Source: Acidobacteriota bacterium
Lineage (GTDB): Bacteria > Acidobacteriota > Terriglobia > Terriglobales > SCQP01
Direction of reading: 5' to 3'
DNA: 64,000 nt
Assembly: GCA_021789895.1 (NCBI GenBank)
Contig: JAJYIU010000021.1
Location: 30 to 64,029, forward strand
Shown here piece after piece: positions 20,275 through 27,992 of this stretch (position 1 is its first letter; each line of letters opens with the position of its first letter). Position numbers and translations under genes: made by a program. Under the pieces are notes generated by a model that saw only the letters and a list, made by a program, of their open reading frames with translations, had not been told where the DNA came from and did not search any database.

Positions 20275-20975
20275 GGTTCGTTCTCCTCGGTGGATTGGGA
20301 TGATTCATGACGATCAGGGCTCGTCACCGCTGCCGCCTTTGAAAGCGAGGCAGGCGCTTTCGCCGTGGTTGCTCCGGCGGCGCCGCGCTCGAAAATTTCG
20401 CAGACCAGCTCCGACAACGATTGCGCGTCCAGGTCGCGGCCCGGCCGGTGCCAGGTCGGAATCCAGTTCAACATGCCGAAAAGGCTCAATACCGTGGCTC
20501 GCAGCCGGGCGCCGTCAAGCCGGCGCGGCAGCGCCGCCGCTGCCAGCTCGCGCGTCTGCTCGTAATAGGCGTGCTTGAGCCGGGCGACTTGCAGCGCCCG
20601 CTCGCCTGCCAGCGAGCGGTCTTCATGCGCCAGCACCAGGGCCGCATCCGGTTGCGCCAGAAAATATTCGACATGCCCGCGGATCAGCTCGCGCAGCCGT
20701 TGGCGCGGGGTTGCCGGCATGGATGCCGCCCGGCGGGCGCTTTCCAAAAGCACGCCGAAGGTATGCTTTTCCAGCTCGTACAGCAGCGCCTCTTTGTCGG
20801 GGAAGTAATGATACAGACCCGCCAGGCTGATGCCGGTACTGCGGGCCAGCTCACGCATGCTGGCGCCTTCGAAGCCGTTTTGGCTGAACAACTCCGCCGC
20901 CGCAGCCAGAATTTCCGCTTTTTTACCCTCCGCCGGGGTTGCGGGCACAGGTTCTATCGCTGGTACGGCGGGCAT
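20262..20975 (-). CDS. TetR/AcrR family transcriptional regulator
   Basis: N-terminal HTH ILAAAAELFSQNGFEGASMRELARSTGISLAGLYHYFPDKEAL. It overlaps the crotonase gene by 13 nt, so it is the first gene of the minus-strand operon. Confidence 0.9.
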   Translation of the reverse strand: MPAVPAIEPVPATPAEGKKAEILAAAAELFSQNGFEGASMRELARSTGISLAGLYHYFPDKEALLYELEKHTFGVLLESARRAASMPATPRQRLRELIRGHVEYFLAQPDAALVLAHEDRSLAGERALQVARLKHAYYEQTRELAAAALPRRLDGARLRATVLSLFGMLNWIPTWHRPGRDLDAQSLSELVCEIFERGAAGATTAKAPASLSKAAAVTSPDRHESSQSTEENEPWQP

Positions 20976-20990
20976 CTCGGGAGCTTCCCG

Positions 20991-21008
20991 TTCGAACGTT
21001 CGTTCGAG
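20991..21008. promoter_or_regulatory. Candidate TetR operator (palindrome)
   Basis: TTCGAACGTTCGTTCGAG contains the perfect 10-nt palindrome CGAACGTTCG (20993-21002). It lies 16-33 nt upstream of the TetR start codon. Confidence 0.35.
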
Positions 21009-21157
21009 TTTAGTCTAGCACGGAGGCGTCCCACGTCAGTTCGGATAATAAAAATGAATTAGCGGTTTGGACGAAAGGCAGAAGCCGCGGCTTTAAACCA
21101 TTGCCAACAGTCAGATAGCAGTGGCTGCACTGGCTTGCAACGCGAGCTCGGGCCCTG

Positions 21158-21676
21158 CTATTTTTCGGGATAAATTATTTCCGTAAAGCGTGGATCTTCC
21201 GCGAGCAGGTTGAAATCCTCGTCGCTGCGTGCCTGCCAGCGCATGCGCGGATCGAGCTGAATGGCTGCCTTGAGGTGCTCCAGGGCCGGCTCGACCTGAT
21301 TTTGGAGCGCATTGAGCGCCGCCTGGGCATAGGCGATGGGAGCGCTATTGCCGTTCAGCTTGGCGGCTTTTTGCAGCCATTCCGCGGCCTGCTCATAGCG
21401 CGCCTGATTCATCTCCACCACCCCGAGGGTATAGTATTCGTCGGCGTTTTTCGGAGCGGGGCCGTTGGAGTTCAGCTTTTGCTGGCAAACCACCAGATGG
21501 CGGGCGGCGCGATCGGCGATCGCCGGGATGGGTGCGTGCAGCAATTTTTCCAGCAGCGGGCGCGCTCGCTCAAATTTCTGCTGGGTAAAGAAGCGCATCG
21601 CGGCTTCATATTGTTCCAGGGTGGCGGTGGTTTGATTGTTGGGCTCTTGAGATGCTGCACTGGCCATCGGGCTCAC
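21158..21676 (-). CDS. Tetratricopeptide-repeat protein
   Basis: Repeated A-x3-Y/F-x2-A helical units (YEAAMRFFTQQKFERARPLLEKLL, YYTLGVVEMNQARYEQAAEWLQKAAKL, AYAQAALNALQNQVEPALEHLKAAIQLDP). Confidence 0.75.
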   Translation of the reverse strand: MSPMASAASQEPNNQTTATLEQYEAAMRFFTQQKFERARPLLEKLLHAPIPAIADRAARHLVVCQQKLNSNGPAPKNADEYYTLGVVEMNQARYEQAAEWLQKAAKLNGNSAPIAYAQAALNALQNQVEPALEHLKAAIQLDPRMRWQARSDEDFNLLAEDPRFTEIIYPEK

Positions 21677-21795
21677 TCCTCATTTCCGGACGGCGGAAAG
21701 TTGCGCCCCTCCGGAGTTGAATACCTATCTTAAACTCATACGCAATAGCCTGTCGCCCAAGGCGGCCCCGGGCGGCGACGGCGGCGGCAGGGCGC

Positions 21796-21824
21796 TTGCG
21801 CGACGGGCCGGGCTTCTCTATGCT
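21796..21824 (+). promoter_or_regulatory. Candidate sigma-70-type promoter for the ligase-1 gene
   Basis: TTGCGC-N17-TATGCT, about 18 nt upstream of the ATG at 21842. Confidence 0.3.
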
Positions 21825-21841
21825 GAAAAGGCTCATTGCGC

Positions 21842-23239
21842 ATGTTTGAAAGCGTCCCCACCCTGCTCGAGAATCTGGTTCTGGGCCGCAGTATCGAGCG
21901 TCGGCTGAATTTTGCCAAGCTCTTGCCACATTGGCTTTTAGCCAGAATTCAAGCCTCGGAATTCCAGCAAACCGTCTGCCGCGCCGGCGAGCATTCGAGC
22001 TACTATCGCCGGCGCTTCGCCGCGCAGGGAATCGAAACGCGGCGAGTTCGGCTGCCAGCCGATTTGGGCGATTTTTACACTACCGCGGCCGATCTGCGCG
22101 CGCTGCCGGTGGATGATTTTCTTTGCGCCCGCCCGCAGGCCGGTTTCGAAACCACCGGCACCACCGCCCGCAACAAGCGCGTTTATTTCTCCAACGAAGA
22201 GGTGCACGACATCGGCTTTGAAGGCGCGGTGGGGCTTTGGAACCTGGGCCTGCGCCCGGAAGACCGGGTGGTGGACGCTTTCGATTACGCCTTTTGGAAT
22301 GCCGGCATTACCCTGCTGCACTCTCTGAATGCCATCGGTTGTTTCCACGTGATCGCTTCCAAGCTGCCGCCGGAGGAGTTCTACGAGCGCGTGCGCGAAT
22401 ACCGTTTCAACGTGCTCATCGTGGATACCGCCTGGCTGGTCACTTTGACAGAAATCGCCGAGCGGCGCGGCGTTTGGCCGGTTAAGTTCATCCTTTCCGG
22501 CAGTGAAAACCTGGCCGAAGCCACCCGCGCCTGGATCGAGCGCGTCTGGGCGGCCAAAGTTTACCAGGCCTACGGGCAGACCGAGTCGCTCGGCGCCACC
22601 GGCATCGAATGTCCGGCGCAGCGCGGCTATCATTTGAACGAATTCAACTTTTTATTCGAGCTGCGCCAGCCGAATGCAGAGGGCTGGGGCGAATTGGTCT
22701 TCACCACCCTGACCCGCAAGGTCATGCCGCTGATCCGCTACCGCAGCAACGATATCACCCGCCTGCTCGACGATGATTGCGGCTGCCCGCTGGCCTGCAT
22801 GCGGAGGATTGACAAGATCGCCGGGCGGGCCGACGAAATCATCTCCTGCGGCATGGGCATGATCAGCCCCTGGATATTCGAAACCTGGCTCTCCGGCTGC
22901 CCCGGCCTCGCCGACGATTGGCAGGTGGCGGTCACCCAGCCTGGCGTGCGCGATCGCCTGCTGCTCCGCCTGGAAAGGTCGGCGGGCGCGCCTCCGGCCG
23001 GGGAGATCGAGGCCGAGCTGACCCGCCGCCTGGAGCAGCGCTTCCCTTATTACTATAAAAACTGGCGCATGGGCATGTACGAGATCGGCTTCGAGTTTCT
23101 GGAGCGTGGATCGCTCCGTCCCGCCGGGGTGCGGCGTAAATTGCGCCGCCTGCTGGATGAGCGCATTCCCACACCCGCCCGCCAGCCGCTCTCGGCCGCC
23201 GTGGAGACGCTAGGATCCGAGTTCCAGAGTCAAGACTGA
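21842..23239 (+). CDS. CapK/PaaK (coenzyme F390 synthetase-like) adenylate-forming ligase, paralog 1
   Basis: FYTTAADLRALP...GFETTGTTARNKRVYFS...YGQTESLG...RKVMPLIRYRSNDITR...GRADEII shows phenylacetate-CoA-ligase-family architecture. It is clearly paralogous to the gene at 32611..33960. The track start at 21836 is a TTG; I prefer the ATG at 21842. Confidence 0.8.
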   Translation: MFESVPTLLENLVLGRSIERRLNFAKLLPHWLLARIQASEFQQTVCRAGEHSSYYRRRFAAQGIETRRVRLPADLGDFYTTAADLRALPVDDFLCARPQAGFETTGTTARNKRVYFSNEEVHDIGFEGAVGLWNLGLRPEDRVVDAFDYAFWNAGITLLHSLNAIGCFHVIASKLPPEEFYERVREYRFNVLIVDTAWLVTLTEIAERRGVWPVKFILSGSENLAEATRAWIERVWAAKVYQAYGQTESLGATGIECPAQRGYHLNEFNFLFELRQPNAEGWGELVFTTLTRKVMPLIRYRSNDITRLLDDDCGCPLACMRRIDKIAGRADEIISCGMGMISPWIFETWLSGCPGLADDWQVAVTQPGVRDRLLLRLERSAGAPPAGEIEAELTRRLEQRFPYYYKNWRMGMYEIGFEFLERGSLRPAGVRRKLRRLLDERIPTPARQPLSAAVETLGSEFQSQD

Positions 23240-23456
23240 GCCAGACACACGGCAATCACTACTTTCGGAGGCTACTCGGGCATGAGTCGCAGCTTGCCTT
23301 CCCCCCGCTTGCATTAAAACCCTTTAATACTCTATTAACCCGGAGTTAATGACGCGTGCCGGAAAATGCCTTTCGGGCTTGTGCCGGACGCCTGGCGCCG
23401 GCTGGGAATTTACCGGCTCCGCGAAAGCGCGGACCAGGGATGGAGAGTATAAACAT

Positions 23457-24749
23457 ATGCCCCTCAAAGCATCCGTATCCCGCGCCGAATCCAATGGCCG
23501 TTTGGGCGTGCTGTTGGCCGGCATGGGCGCAATCTCGACCACACTCATCGCCGGCATCGAAGCGATCAAACAAGGCGTGGGCCGGCCGCTGGGGTCGCTG
23601 AGCCAACTGGCGCTGGCGCCGGATATCGATCCGCGCCATCCGGTGGCGCTGAGCGATTATCTGCGCCTGGACCGCATCGAGAACCTGGTCTTCAGCGGCT
23701 GGGACATCAATCCCGGCACGGCTTACGACGCCGCCCGCCGCGCGGCGGTGATCGAGCCGTCGCTGCTGGAACAGCTCCGTCCCCAGCTCGAAGCCATCGA
23801 GCCGATGCCGGGCATCTACGATCCGCGCTATTTGCGGCGCGGGGAAGGCCGGCGGCTGAAACCGGAAACCAACCAGTACGAGCAGGCCGAAGCGCTGCGC
23901 CAGGACATTCGCGCCTTTCAGCAGCGGCATCAACTGCGGCAGGTGGTGGTGCTGTGGTGCGGCTCGACCGAGGTGTTTTCGACCCCCGGCCCGGCGCACC
24001 AGGGACAGCGCATCTTCGAAGCGGCGATGAAGGCCAACGATCCTTCCATCGCGCCCAGCATGCTGTATGCCTGGGCGGCGTTGCAGGAAGGCTGCGCCTT
24101 TGTCAATGCCACGCCCACGCTGACGGTGGATCTGCCGGTGATGATCGAGCTTTCGGAAGCGCACCGCGCGCCCATCTGCGGCAAGGATTTGAAAACCGGC
24201 CAGACCTGGCTGAAGACCGTGCTCGCGCCCGGCATCCGCCAGCGCATGCTCGGCGTCGCCGGCTGGTTCAGCATGAACATACTGGGCAACCAGGACGGCG
24301 CCGTGCTCGACGACCCGGCCGCATTTCGCAGCAAGGAAGAATCCAAGCTCTCGGCGCTGAACCACATTTTGCAGCCCGAACTCTATCCCGAGCTTTACGG
24401 CCATCTGTCGCATCAGGTCAAGATCAACTACTATCCCCCGCGCGGCGACAACAAGGAAAGCTGGGACACGATCGACCTGCTCGGCTGGCTGGGCTATCCG
24501 ATGCAGATCAAGGTGAATTTCCTCTGCCGCGACAGCATTCTGGCGGCGCCGCTGCTGCTCGATCTGGCGCTGTTTTCGGCGGCCGCGCAGCGCGCCGGCC
24601 GCGGTGGGGTGCAGGAATGGCTGGCTTTCTTCTTCAAGAGCCCGCAAGTGCGCGCCGGCCGCCCGGAACACGACCTTTCGGTGCAGTACCAGCATTTGCA
24701 GGCCGCCTGGAAAGAACTGGCGGAAGCCGCCGTCGGCGTGACCGCCTGA
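23457..24749 (+). CDS. ino1: myo-Inositol-1-phosphate (inositol-3-phosphate) synthase
   Basis: FSGWDIN, FVNATPT, SMNILGNQDG and RSKEESKLSAL correspond to the conserved MIPS blocks (GWDI, NGSPQNT, SYNHLGNNDG, SKxxSK). GGAGAG lies 9 nt upstream of the ATG at 23457. The longer track ORF start (23349) adds a non-homologous leader. Confidence 0.9.
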   Translation: MPLKASVSRAESNGRLGVLLAGMGAISTTLIAGIEAIKQGVGRPLGSLSQLALAPDIDPRHPVALSDYLRLDRIENLVFSGWDINPGTAYDAARRAAVIEPSLLEQLRPQLEAIEPMPGIYDPRYLRRGEGRRLKPETNQYEQAEALRQDIRAFQQRHQLRQVVVLWCGSTEVFSTPGPAHQGQRIFEAAMKANDPSIAPSMLYAWAALQEGCAFVNATPTLTVDLPVMIELSEAHRAPICGKDLKTGQTWLKTVLAPGIRQRMLGVAGWFSMNILGNQDGAVLDDPAAFRSKEESKLSALNHILQPELYPELYGHLSHQVKINYYPPRGDNKESWDTIDLLGWLGYPMQIKVNFLCRDSILAAPLLLDLALFSAAAQRAGRGGVQEWLAFFFKSPQVRAGRPEHDLSVQYQHLQAAWKELAEAAVGVTA

Positions 24750-24762
24750 TCGCCGGGGCAGG

Positions 24763-25572
24763 ATGGCGGCGGCAACGCCGCCCCGTGGAGCAACGAGTTT
24801 GACTCAGAAACCCCTCGCTGAACGTGTCGCCCTGGTCACCGGAGCGGCGCGCGGCATCGGCCGCGCGATCGCCCGCCGGCTGGCCGCCGACGGCGCCAGC
24901 GTGCTGATCAATTACGCCACCAGCCATGAGGCCGCCCAGGCCCTGGCGGAGGAGCTGCGCGGGCTGGGCGTGAAGGCTGAAGCCGTGGCCGCCGACGCCG
25001 CTTCCCCGGCCGGGGTGGCGGCGATGCTCAAGGCGATCGAGAGCGGCTTCGGCAACCGGCTCGACATTTACATCAACAATGCGATTGACGTGGCCGCATC
25101 CGGTCCGGCGCTGAAGATGCGCGCCGCGGGCTGGGAACATACCGTGGATACGAACTCCACGGCATTTCTCACGCTCGCCCAGCGCGCGGCCAAGCTGATG
25201 CAAGGGCGCGCGGGCCGCATCGTCACCGTATCTTCGCTCGGATCGCTCTACTACATTCCCAATTACGCCCCGATCGGCGTCGCCAAGGCCGCCGCCGAAG
25301 CGTTGACCCGTTATCTTGCGGTCGAGCTGGGGCCGCTGGGAATCAACGTGAACGCGGTCTCGGCCGGGCCGGTCGAGACCGATGCCTTGCATCTTTATCC
25401 CAATTACGAGCAGATGAAGGCAACCGCCGCCGCGATCTCGCCCGCGCGCCGCATGGGCATGCCGGAGGATATTGCCGCGGTGGTGGCGTTTCTCTGCTCC
25501 GATGCCGCCGCCTGGATCACCGGCCAGACCGTGATCGCCGACGGCGGGCTGTCTTTATTGAGCGTGCGCTAA
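24763..25572 (+). CDS. FabL-type enoyl-ACP reductase (SDR with Tyr-x6-Lys)
   Basis: VALVTGAARGIGRAIA (NAD(P) binding). SSLGSLYYIPNYAPIGVAKAAAEALTRYLAVEL closely resembles the B. subtilis FabL active-site region as I recall it, and carries Y-x6-K rather than the classical SDR YxxxK. Confidence 0.75.
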   Translation: MAAATPPRGATSLTQKPLAERVALVTGAARGIGRAIARRLAADGASVLINYATSHEAAQALAEELRGLGVKAEAVAADAASPAGVAAMLKAIESGFGNRLDIYINNAIDVAASGPALKMRAAGWEHTVDTNSTAFLTLAQRAAKLMQGRAGRIVTVSSLGSLYYIPNYAPIGVAKAAAEALTRYLAVELGPLGINVNAVSAGPVETDALHLYPNYEQMKATAAAISPARRMGMPEDIAAVVAFLCSDAAAWITGQTVIADGGLSLLSVR

Positions 25573-25597
25573 TCCTTTCCAGGAGATTGTTTCCCCG

Positions 25598-26110
25598 ATG
25601 AGTTCCATGACCAACAGCGCTGAAGAAGTGATGAAAATCCGGCAGACCGCCGACCGCGTGCTGGCGACGCGCGAAGACGAAATCGTCACCAAGGTGCGCC
25701 AGGCGGTAGCCGAGGTGCTGGGCCGCGAAGAGGAGGAGATTCAGCCCTCCGCCAGCCTGATCAAAGATCTCAATGCCGAGTCGCTCGACTTTCTGGACCT
25801 GCTCTTCCGGCTGGAGTCGGCCTTCGGCATTAAAATTCCGCGCGGCGGCATTCAGCGCGCCACCCAGGGCTCGCTGACCGACGCCGAGTTCCAGCAGAAC
25901 GGCATCCTGACGGAAGCCGCGCTCGACCGCCTGCGCATACTCATGCCCGAGGTGGACCCGGCGCGCTTGCAGCCGGGGCTGACCGTGCGCGACATTCCCA
26001 GCCTGTTCACCTCGATCACCTTCGCCCGCCTGGTCGCCTGGCGCATCGGCGAACAGCCCGCCGATGCCCCCAACGCGGCGGGGGCTGCCGCCGCCGAAAA
26101 CAAAGCCTGA
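25598..26110 (+). CDS. Acyl carrier protein, unusually long (170 aa)
   Basis: Phosphopantetheine attachment region LIKDLNAESLDFLDLLFRLE (DSL-type Ser). There are about 35 aa before and about 80 aa after the four-helix core. Confidence 0.8.
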   Translation: MSSMTNSAEEVMKIRQTADRVLATREDEIVTKVRQAVAEVLGREEEEIQPSASLIKDLNAESLDFLDLLFRLESAFGIKIPRGGIQRATQGSLTDAEFQQNGILTEAALDRLRILMPEVDPARLQPGLTVRDIPSLFTSITFARLVAWRIGEQPADAPNAAGAAAAENKA

Positions 26111-26124
26111 GAACTGGCCGCCGT

Positions 26125-26649
26125 ATGCGCTATCTGCTGTTGGACCGCATTCTGGAAATCGAAGCCGGCGCTTTCGCCGTGGGGGTGAAAACTCCCGCGA
26201 TGAGCGAAGATTACTTCGCCGACCACTTCCCCGGCTTTCCGGTCATGCCCGGGGTGCTGCTGGTGGAGGCGATGGCGCAGCTTTCCGGTCGCCTGCTCGC
26301 CTACACGGTGCTGGCCACCGAACGGCGGCAGGTGCTGCCGGTGCTGCTGACGGTGCAGAACGCCCGTTTCCGCCATTTCGTGCGCCCCGGCGACCGGGTG
26401 GTGCTGCGCAGCAAGCTGCTGGCGCTGAACGAGAATGCCGGCCGCTGCCAGGTTATCGCCCAGGTCGGGGAACAGACCGTGGCCACGGCGGAAATGATGC
26501 TCGGCTTCGACGCTGCCGGGGAAAGCGGAGTCCTTCCCGACGCCATTCGCGAGCATCTGTTCAGTTGGGCCAACCGGGTGAATCGCGCCCTGCTGGAAGG
26601 CGCCAAGCTGACCCCGCCGCTGGAGGCGCTGGAGGCGGCGGCATGCTGA
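26125..26649 (+). CDS. fabZ: 3-Hydroxyacyl-ACP dehydratase (FabZ/FabA hotdog family)
   Basis: DHFPGFPVMPGVLLVEAMAQ contains the catalytic His and Glu of FabZ. A C-terminal extension of about 35 aa is present. Confidence 0.85.
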   Translation: MRYLLLDRILEIEAGAFAVGVKTPAMSEDYFADHFPGFPVMPGVLLVEAMAQLSGRLLAYTVLATERRQVLPVLLTVQNARFRHFVRPGDRVVLRSKLLALNENAGRCQVIAQVGEQTVATAEMMLGFDAAGESGVLPDAIREHLFSWANRVNRALLEGAKLTPPLEALEAAAC

Positions 26650-27992
26650 GCCACTCCTCGACCAACGGGCGAACTCCCGGATCGCCCCGCCGGGTGGTGG
26701 TGACCGGCATCGGCGCGGTGACGCCGCTCGGTCTCAATGCCGCCGATACCTGGGCCGGAATTCGCGCCAACCGCTGCGGGGTCGGACCGATCACCGTCTT
26801 CGACGCCTCCCGTTTCGAAACCCGCATCGCCGCCGAAGTTCACGGCTTCGATTTCGCCAAACTGGCAGCGCCTCCCGGCGTCGCCGAAGTGCTCGACCGG
26901 AAAAATTCGTTCGGCTACGCCGCCGCGCTCGAGGCCATGGCTGACGCCGGACTGGCGGATGCCGGCGCATTGAGCCGGGGCAAATTCGCCGAAGGCGGCT
27001 ACAGTTTCGATCCGCTCCGCTTCGGGCTGTCGCTCGGCACCGAAGGCCGCCGCGACAGCCTGCTGCCCGAGCTTGCCGCGCGCAAACTGCTGCCGGCGAA
27101 TGCCGCCGAACGCAAACAACGCCTGGCGGAAGTTCCGCGCAGCGAGTACCTGCGCTACTCCCCCTACGGGCTGGCCTTTGCTTTGAGCACGGCCTTCGAT
27201 CTGCGCGGCCCTTCCAGCACGATTTCCACCGCCTGCACTTCCAGCTCGCAGGCGCTGGGCTATGCCTTGCGGCGCATCCGTTCCGGCGACGCCGATATGA
27301 TGCTGGCCGGCGGGGCGGAAAGCCTGATGGAACCCACGCAGGTTGCCGGCTTCATCCTGCTCGGCGCGCTCTCGAAGCGGAATGACGATCCGCAGCGCGC
27401 TTCGCGGCCCTTCGACGCCGAGCGCGACGGTTTCGTGCTCGCCGAAGGGGCGGCGATGTTGGTGCTGGAAGACGCCTGGCATGCCTATCGCCGCGGCGCG
27501 CGCATTTACGCCGAGCTGGCCGGCTTTGGCGCCTCGATCAACTCCTACCGCCTCACCGACTCGCCGCCCGACGGCGAAGGCCCGATGCTGGCAATGCAGG
27601 CCGCGCTCGCCGATGCCGGCGTGCGCCCCGAGGAGGTGGACTATATCAACGCCCACGGCACCTCGACGCTGCAAAACGACGCCAGCGAAACCACCGCGAT
27701 CAAGCGTTGTTTCGGCCCGCAGGCCCAAGCCATTCCGGTGAGCTCCACCAAGTCCATGACCGGACACATGGTGAACGCCGCCGGCGCGATCGAGGCGATT
27801 CTTTCGCTGCTCGCCATGCGCGACGGTTATCTACCCCCTACCATCAATTACGAGCGCGCCGACCCGGCCTGCGACCTCGACTACATCCCCAACCGCGGGC
27901 GCGCGGCGCAGGTGAAGGTTGCCGTTTCCAATTCCTTCGGTTTCGGCGGCTCCAACGGAAGCGTGGTGCTTCGTGCTTACCCCGAAAAATAA
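26643..27992 (+). CDS. Beta-ketoacyl-ACP synthase I/II type (KS1, intact Cys-His-His)
   Basis: The internal ATG at 26643 (MLSHSS...RRVVVTGIGAVTPLG) overlaps the fabZ stop by 7 nt. ISTACTSSSQA (Cys), NAHGTSTLQND (His), SMTGHMVNAAG (His). Confidence 0.9.
   Translation: MLSHSSTNGRTPGSPRRVVVTGIGAVTPLGLNAADTWAGIRANRCGVGPITVFDASRFETRIAAEVHGFDFAKLAAPPGVAEVLDRKNSFGYAAALEAMADAGLADAGALSRGKFAEGGYSFDPLRFGLSLGTEGRRDSLLPELAARKLLPANAAERKQRLAEVPRSEYLRYSPYGLAFALSTAFDLRGPSSTISTACTSSSQALGYALRRIRSGDADMMLAGGAESLMEPTQVAGFILLGALSKRNDDPQRASRPFDAERDGFVLAEGAAMLVLEDAWHAYRRGARIYAELAGFGASINSYRLTDSPPDGEGPMLAMQAALADAGVRPEEVDYINAHGTSTLQNDASETTAIKRCFGPQAQAIPVSSTKSMTGHMVNAAGAIEAILSLLAMRDGYLPPTINYERADPACDLDYIPNRGRAAQVKVAVSNSFGFGGSNGSVVLRAYPEK

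Noticed and set aside
23349-23456. An upstream ATG as the MIPS start.
   Set aside because: It adds 36 residues with no similarity to MIPS N-termini. The ATG at 23457 has a well-spaced GGAGAG Shine-Dalgarno.
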